DNA of 21,991 nt from Defluviitaleaceae bacterium (GTDB lineage Bacteria; Bacillota; Clostridia; Lachnospirales; UBA5962): positions 1 through 21,991 of the forward strand of contig WRGD01000122.1 in NCBI GenBank assembly GCA_009787355.1, given 5' to 3'. Positions 14,660-21,991 of this stretch are shown piece after piece. Below the pieces are notes generated by a model. It worked only from the letters and a program-made list of their open reading frames with translations. It was not told the DNA's origin and made no database searches. The translations under genes were made by a program, and so were the position numbers. Position 1 is the first letter of the stretch; the number at the start of each line of letters is the position of its first letter.

Positions 14660-16753
14660 TTATGCAAGAGAAATATCATTATTTTCATTGTTTGCTGTTT
14701 CCACATTTATATCGTCAAAATTAACATATTCTTTAAGTATTTTCATAAATTCTTCACCTGTTAAGGTTTCTTTATCTATTAAAAATTCTGATATGCTATT
14801 AAGAGCTTTTAGGTTGTCTCTTAAAAGTTTTTGAGCCTTGTCGTAACATTCTTTTAAAATATTTTTAACTTCTGTGTCTATTTCAGAACCTGTAACATCG
14901 GAAACATTTAAAACAGGTCTACCATCCAAGTATCTATTCTCTATGCTTTCAAGACCCATAAGCCCAAATTTTTCACTCATTCCATATTGTGTAACCATAG
15001 ACCTCGCCATTTTTGTAGCTTTTTCTATATCATTGGAGGCACCGGTAGTTTGAGTATTAAAAACTATTTCTTCTGCTGCACGTCCACCAAGTGTCATAAC
15101 TATTCTTGCTAGTATTTCATTTTTTTCTTCCAAAAATTTTTCTTCTTCAGGCATTGTCATAACATATCCCAAAGCTCCCATAGTACGTGGCACTATAGTT
15201 ATTTTTTGTACTGGTTGTGAATTTTTTTGAAGAGCTGCAACTAAAGCATGCCCAATTTCGTGGAAAGCAACTAAACGTTTTTCTTTTGGTGAAAGTATAC
15301 GGTCTTTCTTTTCTTTACCTGCTATTACAACTTCTACAGCTTCCATCAAATCTTCTTGCATTACAACATCTCTATCAAAACGTACTGCTCTAAGTGCTGC
15401 TTCATTTATCATATTAGCCAAATCAGCACCCGCAGCTCCACTGGTAGCAAGAGCGATTTTTTTCAAATCTACATCAGCTCCCATTTTTACTTTTTTAGCA
15501 TGCACTTTTAAAATATTTTCACGACCTGATAAGTCCGGTTTTTCTACAATTACACGTCTATCAAATCTACCCGGTCTTAATAATGCTTTGTCTAAAATTT
15601 CTGGTCTATTTGTTGCGGCAAGTATCATTATACCTTTACTTGTATCAAAACCATCCATTTCAGATAAAAGTTGATTAAGCGTTTGCTCTCTTTCATCATT
15701 TCCGCCACCGTATTTACTGTCTCTACTTTTTCCTATTGCATCTATTTCATCTATAAATATAATACATGGAGCGTTATTATGTGCTTGTTTAAATAAATCT
15801 CTTACACGAGATGCACCAACACCAACATACATTTCTACAAATTCTGAACCAGATAAAGAAAAAAACGCAACATTTGCTTCACCAGCAACTGCTTTTGCAA
15901 GTAAAGTTTTACCAGTACCGGGAGGACCAACTAATAATGCACCTTTTGGTTGTAATGCACCTATTTTCGTATATTTGTCAGGCTTATGAAGAAAATCTAC
16001 AATTTCATGAAGACTCTCTTTAGCTTCTTCTTGACCTGCAACATCTTCAAAAGTAATTCCTGTCTTTTTTTCCATATCATATTTTTTTGCATTCGATTTT
16101 CCAAAAGACATAAAACCACCTCCGCCACTACTTCCAATACCTTTTGCAACACGACGCATAAGAAGTGTTATAATAAGGTAAAAAAAAGCAAGTGGAAGAA
16201 CCCAAGATATAATAATTTCCATCATAACATTTGTTTCTATTATTGGTGAAAAATATTCAACACCAGAATATATAAGTCTATCTACAAGATTTGGGTCATG
16301 AAGATTTCCGGTATAGAAAGTTCTATTTGCATTGTTAGCTCCAATAAAAGTGGGTCTATTAAAAAAATTTACACGTGCTTGTTCTATAAAAGAATTTGAA
16401 ACGGGTAATTCTTGTTGTATTGCTGGTGAATCGCTTATATGATGTGCTTGTATATTTATATTTTCTAATATATTTACTACATTTTCTACTGTCTCTTCGT
16501 CTAAATTGTCTCGTAGAGAAATTGTAAGCCTAGTTGGGCTTATTTCTACGCTACTAACACTATTTGTATCTAATAAATTTAAAAATTGGTCATACCTTAT
16601 GTTATGCCTTGTTCCTTGTGATAAATTATTTGTAAAAACATTTATAATAACCGTTAAAACAAGACCTATTAATAAAAAATGAAAAATATTAAAACCAGAA
16701 CCAGGGGGAGTATTTTTATCATCTTTTTTTTGATTTGGACTATTTTCGTTCAT
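14660..16753 (-). CDS. ftsH: ATP-dependent zinc metalloprotease FtsH (AAA+)
   Basis: Walker A GPPGTGKT, SRH region, zinc site HEIGHALV, two N-terminal TM segments. Start trimmed from the ORF-track 16819 to the ATG at 16753 (MNENSP...), with AAAGGAGG immediately upstream. Confidence 0.9.
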   Translation of the reverse strand: MNENSPNQKKDDKNTPPGSGFNIFHFLLIGLVLTVIINVFTNNLSQGTRHNIRYDQFLNLLDTNSVSSVEISPTRLTISLRDNLDEETVENVVNILENINIQAHHISDSPAIQQELPVSNSFIEQARVNFFNRPTFIGANNANRTFYTGNLHDPNLVDRLIYSGVEYFSPIIETNVMMEIIISWVLPLAFFYLIITLLMRRVAKGIGSSGGGGFMSFGKSNAKKYDMEKKTGITFEDVAGQEEAKESLHEIVDFLHKPDKYTKIGALQPKGALLVGPPGTGKTLLAKAVAGEANVAFFSLSGSEFVEMYVGVGASRVRDLFKQAHNNAPCIIFIDEIDAIGKSRDSKYGGGNDEREQTLNQLLSEMDGFDTSKGIMILAATNRPEILDKALLRPGRFDRRVIVEKPDLSGRENILKVHAKKVKMGADVDLKKIALATSGAAGADLANMINEAALRAVRFDRDVVMQEDLMEAVEVVIAGKEKKDRILSPKEKRLVAFHEIGHALVAALQKNSQPVQKITIVPRTMGALGYVMTMPEEEKFLEEKNEILARIVMTLGGRAAEEIVFNTQTTGASNDIEKATKMARSMVTQYGMSEKFGLMGLESIENRYLDGRPVLNVSDVTGSEIDTEVKNILKECYDKAQKLLRDNLKALNSISEFLIDKETLTGEEFMKILKEYVNFDDINVETANNENNDISLA

Positions 16754-16793
16754 CAAACCTCCTTTATCATGTAAATATATAATAGTTTTTAGT

Positions 16794-16820
16794 GTATACG
16801 ATTGTATTTGATATGTCAAC
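16794..16820 (-). promoter_or_regulatory. putative ftsH promoter TTGACA-15-TATACA
   Basis: Minus strand reads TTGACAtatcaaatacaatcgTATACAc. The 15-nt spacer is sub-optimal, so confidence is low. Confidence 0.3.
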
Positions 16821-17011
16821 CACGGATAGAATTAAAAAATATCTAAATTAAAGATATAAAAAAATCTATCAAACAAACATTATATTATGAAAATAAAAAA
16901 ATTATTAAAAAAATTTTCTAAGCATTTTTACAAAAAATTTTATATGTCTTGTTTTATAATGATATTAGGTATTAAAAGTTAATATCATTAACTTATAGCG
17001 TAGGAGGAATA

Positions 17012-17848
17012 ATGGATATTTACATAGATATAATTTTTTTTATAAATTTAATGATGAATTTCATAATATTTTTTACAGTTTCCAAAATTTCAAAAACAAA
17101 TAAGAATTTTTTTAGAATATTTTTGGGTTCAGCTACATCAGCATTATTATATTGTATATTTTTAGTTTTCCTACAAAATATTTTTAATATATTCACAGCT
17201 ATATTTATTTTAATATCTGGATTATTTGTTTCTTTTGGAAAAATTTTTATAAAAAGATTTGTATTCTTTTTAATATATTCACATCTTATTGCTTTTTTGA
17301 TTGGAGGTATGGCTACAGCAATATACAATTACACAAATATTAGCTTAAATACTGTTTTTAGTATAATAAGACATTTTAATATAAATATACTTTTTACGTC
17401 TACTATAATAAGTTATATATCTATTTACTTTGCAAATAGATATTTTCAAAAAATAAAAATGACAAAAAAATCTTTTTGCAAAGTAGAAATTTTTAAAGAT
17501 AATAAAAGTGTATCTTTTACAGCTTTAATTGATACTGGAAATAGTTTGGTAGACCCTTTAAATCAATGTCCCGTTATAATTGCTGAACAAAAAATAGTGA
17601 ACAAAATTTTTAATATTAATAATATTGATGAAAACAAGGGTTTTGAAAAAATAAGGCTAATACCCTACAAAACAATTGGAAATGAAGGTATTTTAACAGG
17701 TTTTAGTCCAGATAAAGTTATAATAATAAATAATAAACAACCAATAGAAACAACAGATGTTGTTATAGGTTTATGTGATTTTAATCTTTCTAGAAAAGGA
17801 TTATACCAAGGATTATTAAATCCATCATTTTTAGAACAAACGGCATAA
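17012..17848 (+). CDS. spoIIGA: sporulation sigma-E processing aspartic peptidase SpoIIGA
   Basis: Five N-terminal TM helices. C-terminal protease domain with ALIDTGNSLVDPL (DTGN/DSGN aspartyl motif). SD AGGAGG upstream. Directly precedes sigE. Confidence 0.85.
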   Translation: MDIYIDIIFFINLMMNFIIFFTVSKISKTNKNFFRIFLGSATSALLYCIFLVFLQNIFNIFTAIFILISGLFVSFGKIFIKRFVFFLIYSHLIAFLIGGMATAIYNYTNISLNTVFSIIRHFNINILFTSTIISYISIYFANRYFQKIKMTKKSFCKVEIFKDNKSVSFTALIDTGNSLVDPLNQCPVIIAEQKIVNKIFNINNIDENKGFEKIRLIPYKTIGNEGILTGFSPDKVIIINNKQPIETTDVVIGLCDFNLSRKGLYQGLLNPSFLEQTA

Positions 17849-17914
17849 CTTTAGTTAATTAGATAGTTTGTTTTATCCATTTTTTATAGAAAAAAATTTG
17901 AATAAGGAGAATAA

Positions 17915-18664
17915 ATGAACACTTTTAATTTAAACAAAAAAGTTTTTTTAAGAATCAAAATGAATATAAAAAAATTTATAGGGATATTTTTTTCAGATGG
18001 AGATGAAAAAGAAATATTTTACATAGGAGGAAGCGAAGCTCTTCCGCCTCCACTCACATCTTCTGAAGAAAGAGAATTACTTTTAAATATCGATAATGAA
18101 GATAAAAATACAAGAAAAATACTAATAGAAAGAAATTTAAGGCTAGTTGTGTATATAGCAAAAAAATTTGAAAATACAGGTATAAATATAGAAGATTTAA
18201 TATCTATAGGAACAATAGGTTTAATAAAAGCAATAAATACTTTTAAAACAGATAAGAACATAAAATTAGCAACATATGCCTCTAGATGTATAGAAAATGA
18301 AATATTAATGTACCTTAGAAGAAACAATTCTAAAAATAAACTAGAAATTTCTATAGATGAGCCATTAAATGTTGATTGGGAGGGTAACGAGCTTCTTCTT
18401 TCTGACATACTTGGAACAGATATAGATATAATATACAAAGATATAGAAGAGGAAACCGATAGAGATTTACTAAATATAGCAATAAATAAATTAAACCCAA
18501 GAGAAAAAAAGATAGTTGAACTTAGATTTGGTATAAATTCTGAAAATGAAGAAATGACTCAAAAAGAAGTTGCAGATTTGCTTGGAATATCACAATCTTA
18601 TATATCCAGACTAGAAAAGAAAATAATAAAAAGACTACGAGTAGAGATGTCAAAAATGATATAA
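17915..18664 (+). CDS. sigE: RNA polymerase sporulation sigma factor pro-sigma-E
   Basis: Pro-sequence junction [17 protein letters not shown] (B. subtilis: [18 protein letters not shown]). Regions 2 and 4 of the sigma-70 family. SD AAGGAGA 6 nt upstream of the ATG at 17915. Confidence 0.9.
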   Translation: MNTFNLNKKVFLRIKMNIKKFIGIFFSDGDEKEIFYIGGSEALPPPLTSSEERELLLNIDNEDKNTRKILIERNLRLVVYIAKKFENTGINIEDLISIGTIGLIKAINTFKTDKNIKLATYASRCIENEILMYLRRNNSKNKLEISIDEPLNVDWEGNELLLSDILGTDIDIIYKDIEEETDRDLLNIAINKLNPREKKIVELRFGINSENEEMTQKEVADLLGISQSYISRLEKKIIKRLRVEMSKMI

Positions 18665-18711
18665 AATAATTGTAACATAATACATGCCATTGCATAAAAT
18701 GAAATAAACGA

Positions 18712-18748
18712 GCCAATTAAAATATAAATTAATTGGCCTTTATTTTTT
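18712..18748 (+). terminator. intrinsic terminator after sigE (GCCAATTAA...TTAATTGGC plus CTTTATTTTTT)
   Basis: Perfect 9-bp arms with a GC core and a T-rich tail, read from the sequence. Confidence 0.7.
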
Positions 18749-18871
18749 GAATTATCTAAATTGATTTGTAAAATATCTAATATACAAAAATATGTATGTT
18801 TATTAATAAGTTTAGATGTAAACAATTTATATAATGTATATTTAAAGATGGCTTAAAATGTGGAGGTATTT

Positions 18872-20182
18872 ATGGACAGTCTTGTTATTCGTGGGGGTAG
18901 AAAGATAAAAGGTGAAATAGATATACAAGGTTCTAAAAATTCGGCATTACCTATACTTTGCAGTTGTATACTTGTGAAAGGAATAGTTGTTTTGCATAAT
19001 GTACCGAATATAACAGACATTCATATAACAATAGAAATTTTAAAATCTCTAGGTGCGATAGTAAAAATAGAAAATAATAATACAATTATAATAGATTCTA
19101 CAAATATAAATTCATCTGTAGTTCCTTACAGCTTAGCTCATAAAATGCGTTCTTCTATAATATTTTTGGGAAGTCTTTTAGGTAGAATGGGAGAAGTTAC
19201 TATTGGTTATCCTGGTGGATGTAAGCTAGGAGCTAGACCAATAGACCTTCATTTAAAATCACTTATAAGCCTTGGTGTAAATATAACAGAAGATGAAGAA
19301 GGTATAAAATGTGTTTGTAATAATCTTTTTGGAAATAAAATAAATCTAAGTTTTAAAAGTGTTGGGGCAACACAAAACATAATACTTGCAGCAGTCTGTG
19401 CAAAAGGAGCAACTATAATAAAAAATGCTGCAACAGAGCCAGAAATTCTAGATATGATAGCTATGCTAAACAAATGTGGTTCTAAAATAAAAGTAATTGG
19501 TGATACAATAATAATAGACGGTGTAAAAAAATTAAATGGTACAGAATATACCGTAATGTCAGATAGAATAGTTGCAGGAACATACCTTGCTACTGCAGCT
19601 ATAACGAATGGAGAAATATATTTAAAGGGAGTAAAAACCAAGCAAATATACCCTATAACAAAAATTTTTGAAGATATGGGTATGGATATACGAACATATG
19701 ACAATTTCGTATTTGCAAAAACAAATAGATTAAAAGCTGTAAATATAACTACATCTCCACATCCCGGATTTCCAACAGATATGCAGGCACAAATGATGCC
19801 AGTTTTAAGTCTTTCAAAAGGTATAAGTAGCATAGAAGAAACAATATTTGAATCTAGAGATAAACACATCTCCGAGCTTAATAAAATGGGTGCAAATATA
19901 ACGATAATGGAAAATTATAAAGAAAATAAAAAAACAACATTTATAATAAATGAAATAAACAATTTTACAGGAAATGTAGTATATGCAAAAGATTTAAGAG
20001 GAGGAGCAGCCCTTGTAATAGCTGGGCTATGTGCAGAAGGTATTACAATTGTAGAGGGATATGAATATATAAAAAGGGGGTATCAAAATATAATAAAAGA
20101 TTTGAAAAGTCTTGGAGCTGATATTTCGAACAATATAAATATATCGAATGTTATATCAGAAAAATCTCATATTTTAGCTTAA
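18872..20182 (+). CDS. murA: UDP-N-acetylglucosamine 1-carboxyvinyltransferase MurA
   Basis: MDSLVIRGG..IQGSKNSALPILCS N-terminus and the active-site Cys context GYPGGCKLGARPIDLHL. Start trimmed to the ATG at 18872 (SD GGAGG 5 nt upstream). The ORF track begins at GTG 18860, which overlaps that SD. Confidence 0.9.
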   Translation: MDSLVIRGGRKIKGEIDIQGSKNSALPILCSCILVKGIVVLHNVPNITDIHITIEILKSLGAIVKIENNNTIIIDSTNINSSVVPYSLAHKMRSSIIFLGSLLGRMGEVTIGYPGGCKLGARPIDLHLKSLISLGVNITEDEEGIKCVCNNLFGNKINLSFKSVGATQNIILAAVCAKGATIIKNAATEPEILDMIAMLNKCGSKIKVIGDTIIIDGVKKLNGTEYTVMSDRIVAGTYLATAAITNGEIYLKGVKTKQIYPITKIFEDMGMDIRTYDNFVFAKTNRLKAVNITTSPHPGFPTDMQAQMMPVLSLSKGISSIEETIFESRDKHISELNKMGANITIMENYKENKKTTFIINEINNFTGNVVYAKDLRGGAALVIAGLCAEGITIVEGYEYIKRGYQNIIKDLKSLGADISNNINISNVISEKSHILA

Positions 20183-20236
20183 TTTTATATAGAAAATCTG
20201 TGATTTATGTTTTTAATATCTTTTTAATATCATAAA

Positions 20237-20279
20237 TCCCTTTAAAATTCACAATTGAAGTATTGAGAATTTAAAGGGA
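20237..20279. terminator. bidirectional hairpin (TCCCTTTAAA ...22 nt... TTTAAAGGGA) between convergent murA and the SPFH gene
   Basis: Perfect 10-bp inverted repeat read from the sequence. Confidence 0.55.
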
Positions 20280-20292
20280 GGTACATACGATT

Positions 20293-21387
20293 TTAACTTT
20301 TCAAAATTTGTGTTAGTTGTGTTATCAAATCTGTATTACTATTTAAGTTTATATTTCCTACTTTGTCTACAATTTTTTCTAAATATTCTAGTTCTTTTAG
20401 TTTATATAGTGTTTTATTTTCATCTAGTAACTTTGCTGTATTTAACAAACTCCTTGTACTAGCAACTTCTTCACGACGTAAAATAACATTTGCTTGTGCC
20501 TTTTTCTCTGCTATTAATACTTGGTTTAAAATTTCTTTTATATCTCCCGGAAGAATTATGTCTTTAATACCTGAATCTAGAAATGTTACAAAGTAATTTT
20601 TTTCTTTTTGTTTAAGATTTTCTAATACTTTAGCACCTATTTCATGTTTATTTTTTAATATTTCATCTAATGTATATTTTGCTATGTATTCACGTAAGGC
20701 AAATTGTGCTAATAAATATAATTGTTTATCAAAATCATCTATTTGCATTATTTCTACATAGTCTGTAATTTTATAAGTAAAAACAAAATTGACACGTAGT
20801 TGTACTTTATCTGTTGTTAATATTTCTTGTCCATGTACTTCTGTAATCAAAGCTCTTGTATCTACAAATCTAACATCTAATTTTGTTTCATTTTTCCAAA
20901 AATAATATATTCCCGGTTCTAATAACTCTGTAATCTTACCATTTATACTAAGTATCCCTTTTTGGTACGATTGTACTTCTATTTTTGTGTACAATTTTAT
21001 AGGTATTTTCAAAAATAAACTTTTTGGAATATCATCGTCTACTTCTATATTGCTTGTATTTATTATTTTAAATGTATTTTTTTGATGCACATTCCAAAAT
21101 GCATATTTTCCAGATACTAAATAACCATTATATTTGTTATCAATATAATGGATACCAATATGTTCTTCTTTTATATTTATTACATCTAACTCTTCATATA
21201 CTTCTTTATTTTTCAAAAATATTTCTAATGGATATCCTGGAATATAAAAATTACTTTCCATATTCAATACAATAATATCATTATTTTTTCCTAAAAATCT
21301 GTATTTTCCAGCTTTTAAATATTTTTCGAAAATACCATTTTTAAATAAAAAACCACGTTGATTTTCGTTTATAATTTGTTTTTTCAT
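20293..21387 (-). CDS. SPFH/band-7 (stomatin/HflKC-like) domain protein with an N-terminal extension and no TM anchor
   Basis: Core PGIYYFWKNETKLDVRFVDTRAL..QEILTTDKVQLRVNFVFTYKITD plus C-terminal DIILPGDIKEILNQVLIAEKKAQANVILRREEV...LYKLKELEYLEKI match the SPFH signature. Start trimmed to the ATG at 21387 (MKKQIINENQRG..., SD AGGAGA 5 nt upstream). The ORF-track start 21459 lacks an SD. Confidence 0.8.
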   Translation of the reverse strand: MKKQIINENQRGFLFKNGIFEKYLKAGKYRFLGKNNDIIVLNMESNFYIPGYPLEIFLKNKEVYEELDVINIKEEHIGIHYIDNKYNGYLVSGKYAFWNVHQKNTFKIINTSNIEVDDDIPKSLFLKIPIKLYTKIEVQSYQKGILSINGKITELLEPGIYYFWKNETKLDVRFVDTRALITEVHGQEILTTDKVQLRVNFVFTYKITDYVEIMQIDDFDKQLYLLAQFALREYIAKYTLDEILKNKHEIGAKVLENLKQKEKNYFVTFLDSGIKDIILPGDIKEILNQVLIAEKKAQANVILRREEVASTRSLLNTAKLLDENKTLYKLKELEYLEKIVDKVGNINLNSNTDLITQLTQILKS

Positions 21388-21408
21388 TTTATCTCCTAAA
21401 AATACTTT

Positions 21409-21437
21409 TTGACGGCACTTTAGTTGAGTAGTATATA
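21409..21437 (+). promoter_or_regulatory. outward-facing promoter-like element TTGACG-17-TATATA
   Basis: Exact 17-nt spacer. Points rightward into the ~470-nt noncoding region that precedes the SD AGGAGG at 21903. Confidence 0.35.
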
Positions 21438-21610
21438 AATTAAAATCTTTATAATACATAAATTTCTGCAGGATTAGATATTATATTATTTTAACATATA
21501 TAAAACGGTATCTCCAAAGCGGCAAAGTCAAAAAAATATTGTTGTCATTAACTAAACTAGCTTAATAATACAACGCTTAAAATAATTTGCCTATGCAAAA
21601 TTTTGTATTT

Positions 21611-21680
21611 GAATTTGTGTGGGAATTGAACCCACATACATGGTTCCTAACCATCGGATTACCAACAATCCTAAAAATAA
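21611..21680 (-). other. tRNA-like 3' fragment / pseudo-tRNA: T-arm, 3' acceptor strand, anticodon-like and D-like hairpins, but no complementary 5' acceptor strand
   Basis: Minus strand reads ...TA GGAT TGTTGGTA ATCC G ATGG TTAGGAA CCAT GTAT GTGGG TTCAATT CCCAC ACAAATT C. Canonical T-loop TTCAATT with a 5-bp stem; a 7-nt acceptor 3' strand plus discriminator. The 5' strand (ttatttt) cannot pair with it. Confidence 0.35.
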
Positions 21681-21947
21681 TAAAATCACTAGAGAGGTGA
21701 TTGGTGAGTTTATCACGTTAAACCCTACGAATAAAATAGATACAAACACTACAAATTAAAATTTTAGTGTGGCAGAATATACATTTTAGAAAATAAAAAA
21801 TATAAATATTCTTGCAAAATCAAATCTTATGTATAAATAATATCTAAAATTTAATAGCAAGTCTATGTTTGACGCAATTTTGTTATTTTATTTTAATCGA
21901 GTAGGAGGCTATCAAATAATTGAATAGCCGACCTCTCACACCACCGT

Positions 21948-21971
21948 ACGTACGGTTCCGTATACGGCGGT
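21948..21971. repeat. two adjacent GC-rich perfect palindromes (CCGTACGTACGG and CCGTATACGG) at the window edge
   Basis: Read from the sequence at 21948-21959 and 21962-21971. Local GC far above background. Preceded by SD-like AGGAGG at 21903-21908. Confidence 0.6.
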
Positions 21972-21991
21972 TCTTTAGTTTACTAGATAGA

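Noticed and set aside
18860-20182. Expectation that the gene after sigE would be sigG
   Set aside because: The translation is unambiguously MurA (N-terminal MDSLVIRGG..GSKNSALPIL, active-site GGCKLGARPIDLH, ~436 aa). It has no sigma-70 regions.
21611-21680. Complete functional tRNA gene on the minus strand
   Set aside because: The T-arm and 3' acceptor strand are canonical, but no complementary 5' acceptor strand exists. The best candidate, ttatttt, pairs at only 3 of 7 positions. The anticodon arm needs a G-G mismatch or a 5-nt loop. It is therefore called a fragment or pseudo-tRNA.
1-21991. CRISPR arrays, rRNA genes, IS elements with terminal inverted repeats
   Set aside because: No regularly spaced direct repeats with unique spacers, no rRNA-like conserved stretches and no transposase ORF other than the Rpn-family gene were seen on either strand.

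Overview
Extremely AT-rich (~25% GC) chromosomal segment from a Firmicutes endospore-former; spoIIGA and pro-sigma-E are present, so it is Clostridia-like. Most of the window is housekeeping. On the minus strand sits a ylmH-ylmG(yggT)-sepF cell-division cluster behind a consensus sigma-A promoter, preceded by a 485-aa hypothetical. On the plus strand run lspA-rluD-folD, pepF and ddl-murI. Further right come an ftsH plus YccA/BI-1-family operon (minus), spoIIGA-sigE, murA and an SPFH/band-7 protein (minus). The left end is accessory. It holds an XRE-type regulator with an unusual C-terminal HTH, followed by a 25-aa aromatic peptide ORF with a near-perfect SD. Next is a ~2.3 kb GC-anomalous island (Rpn-family PD-(D/E)XK nuclease plus a ~43% GC GNAT acetyltransferase) bracketed by two near-identical GC-core hairpins. 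Other notable items are a candidate orphan sRNA (perfect promoter, ~105 nt, strong terminator, CU-rich anti-SD-like core) after murI, and an in-frame 12-nt x6 tandem repeat inside the Rpn gene. sigE is followed by a terminator and murA rather than sigG. At the right end a long noncoding stretch carries a tRNA-like 3' fragment and GC-rich nested palindromes at the window edge. No CRISPR arrays or rRNA genes were seen.
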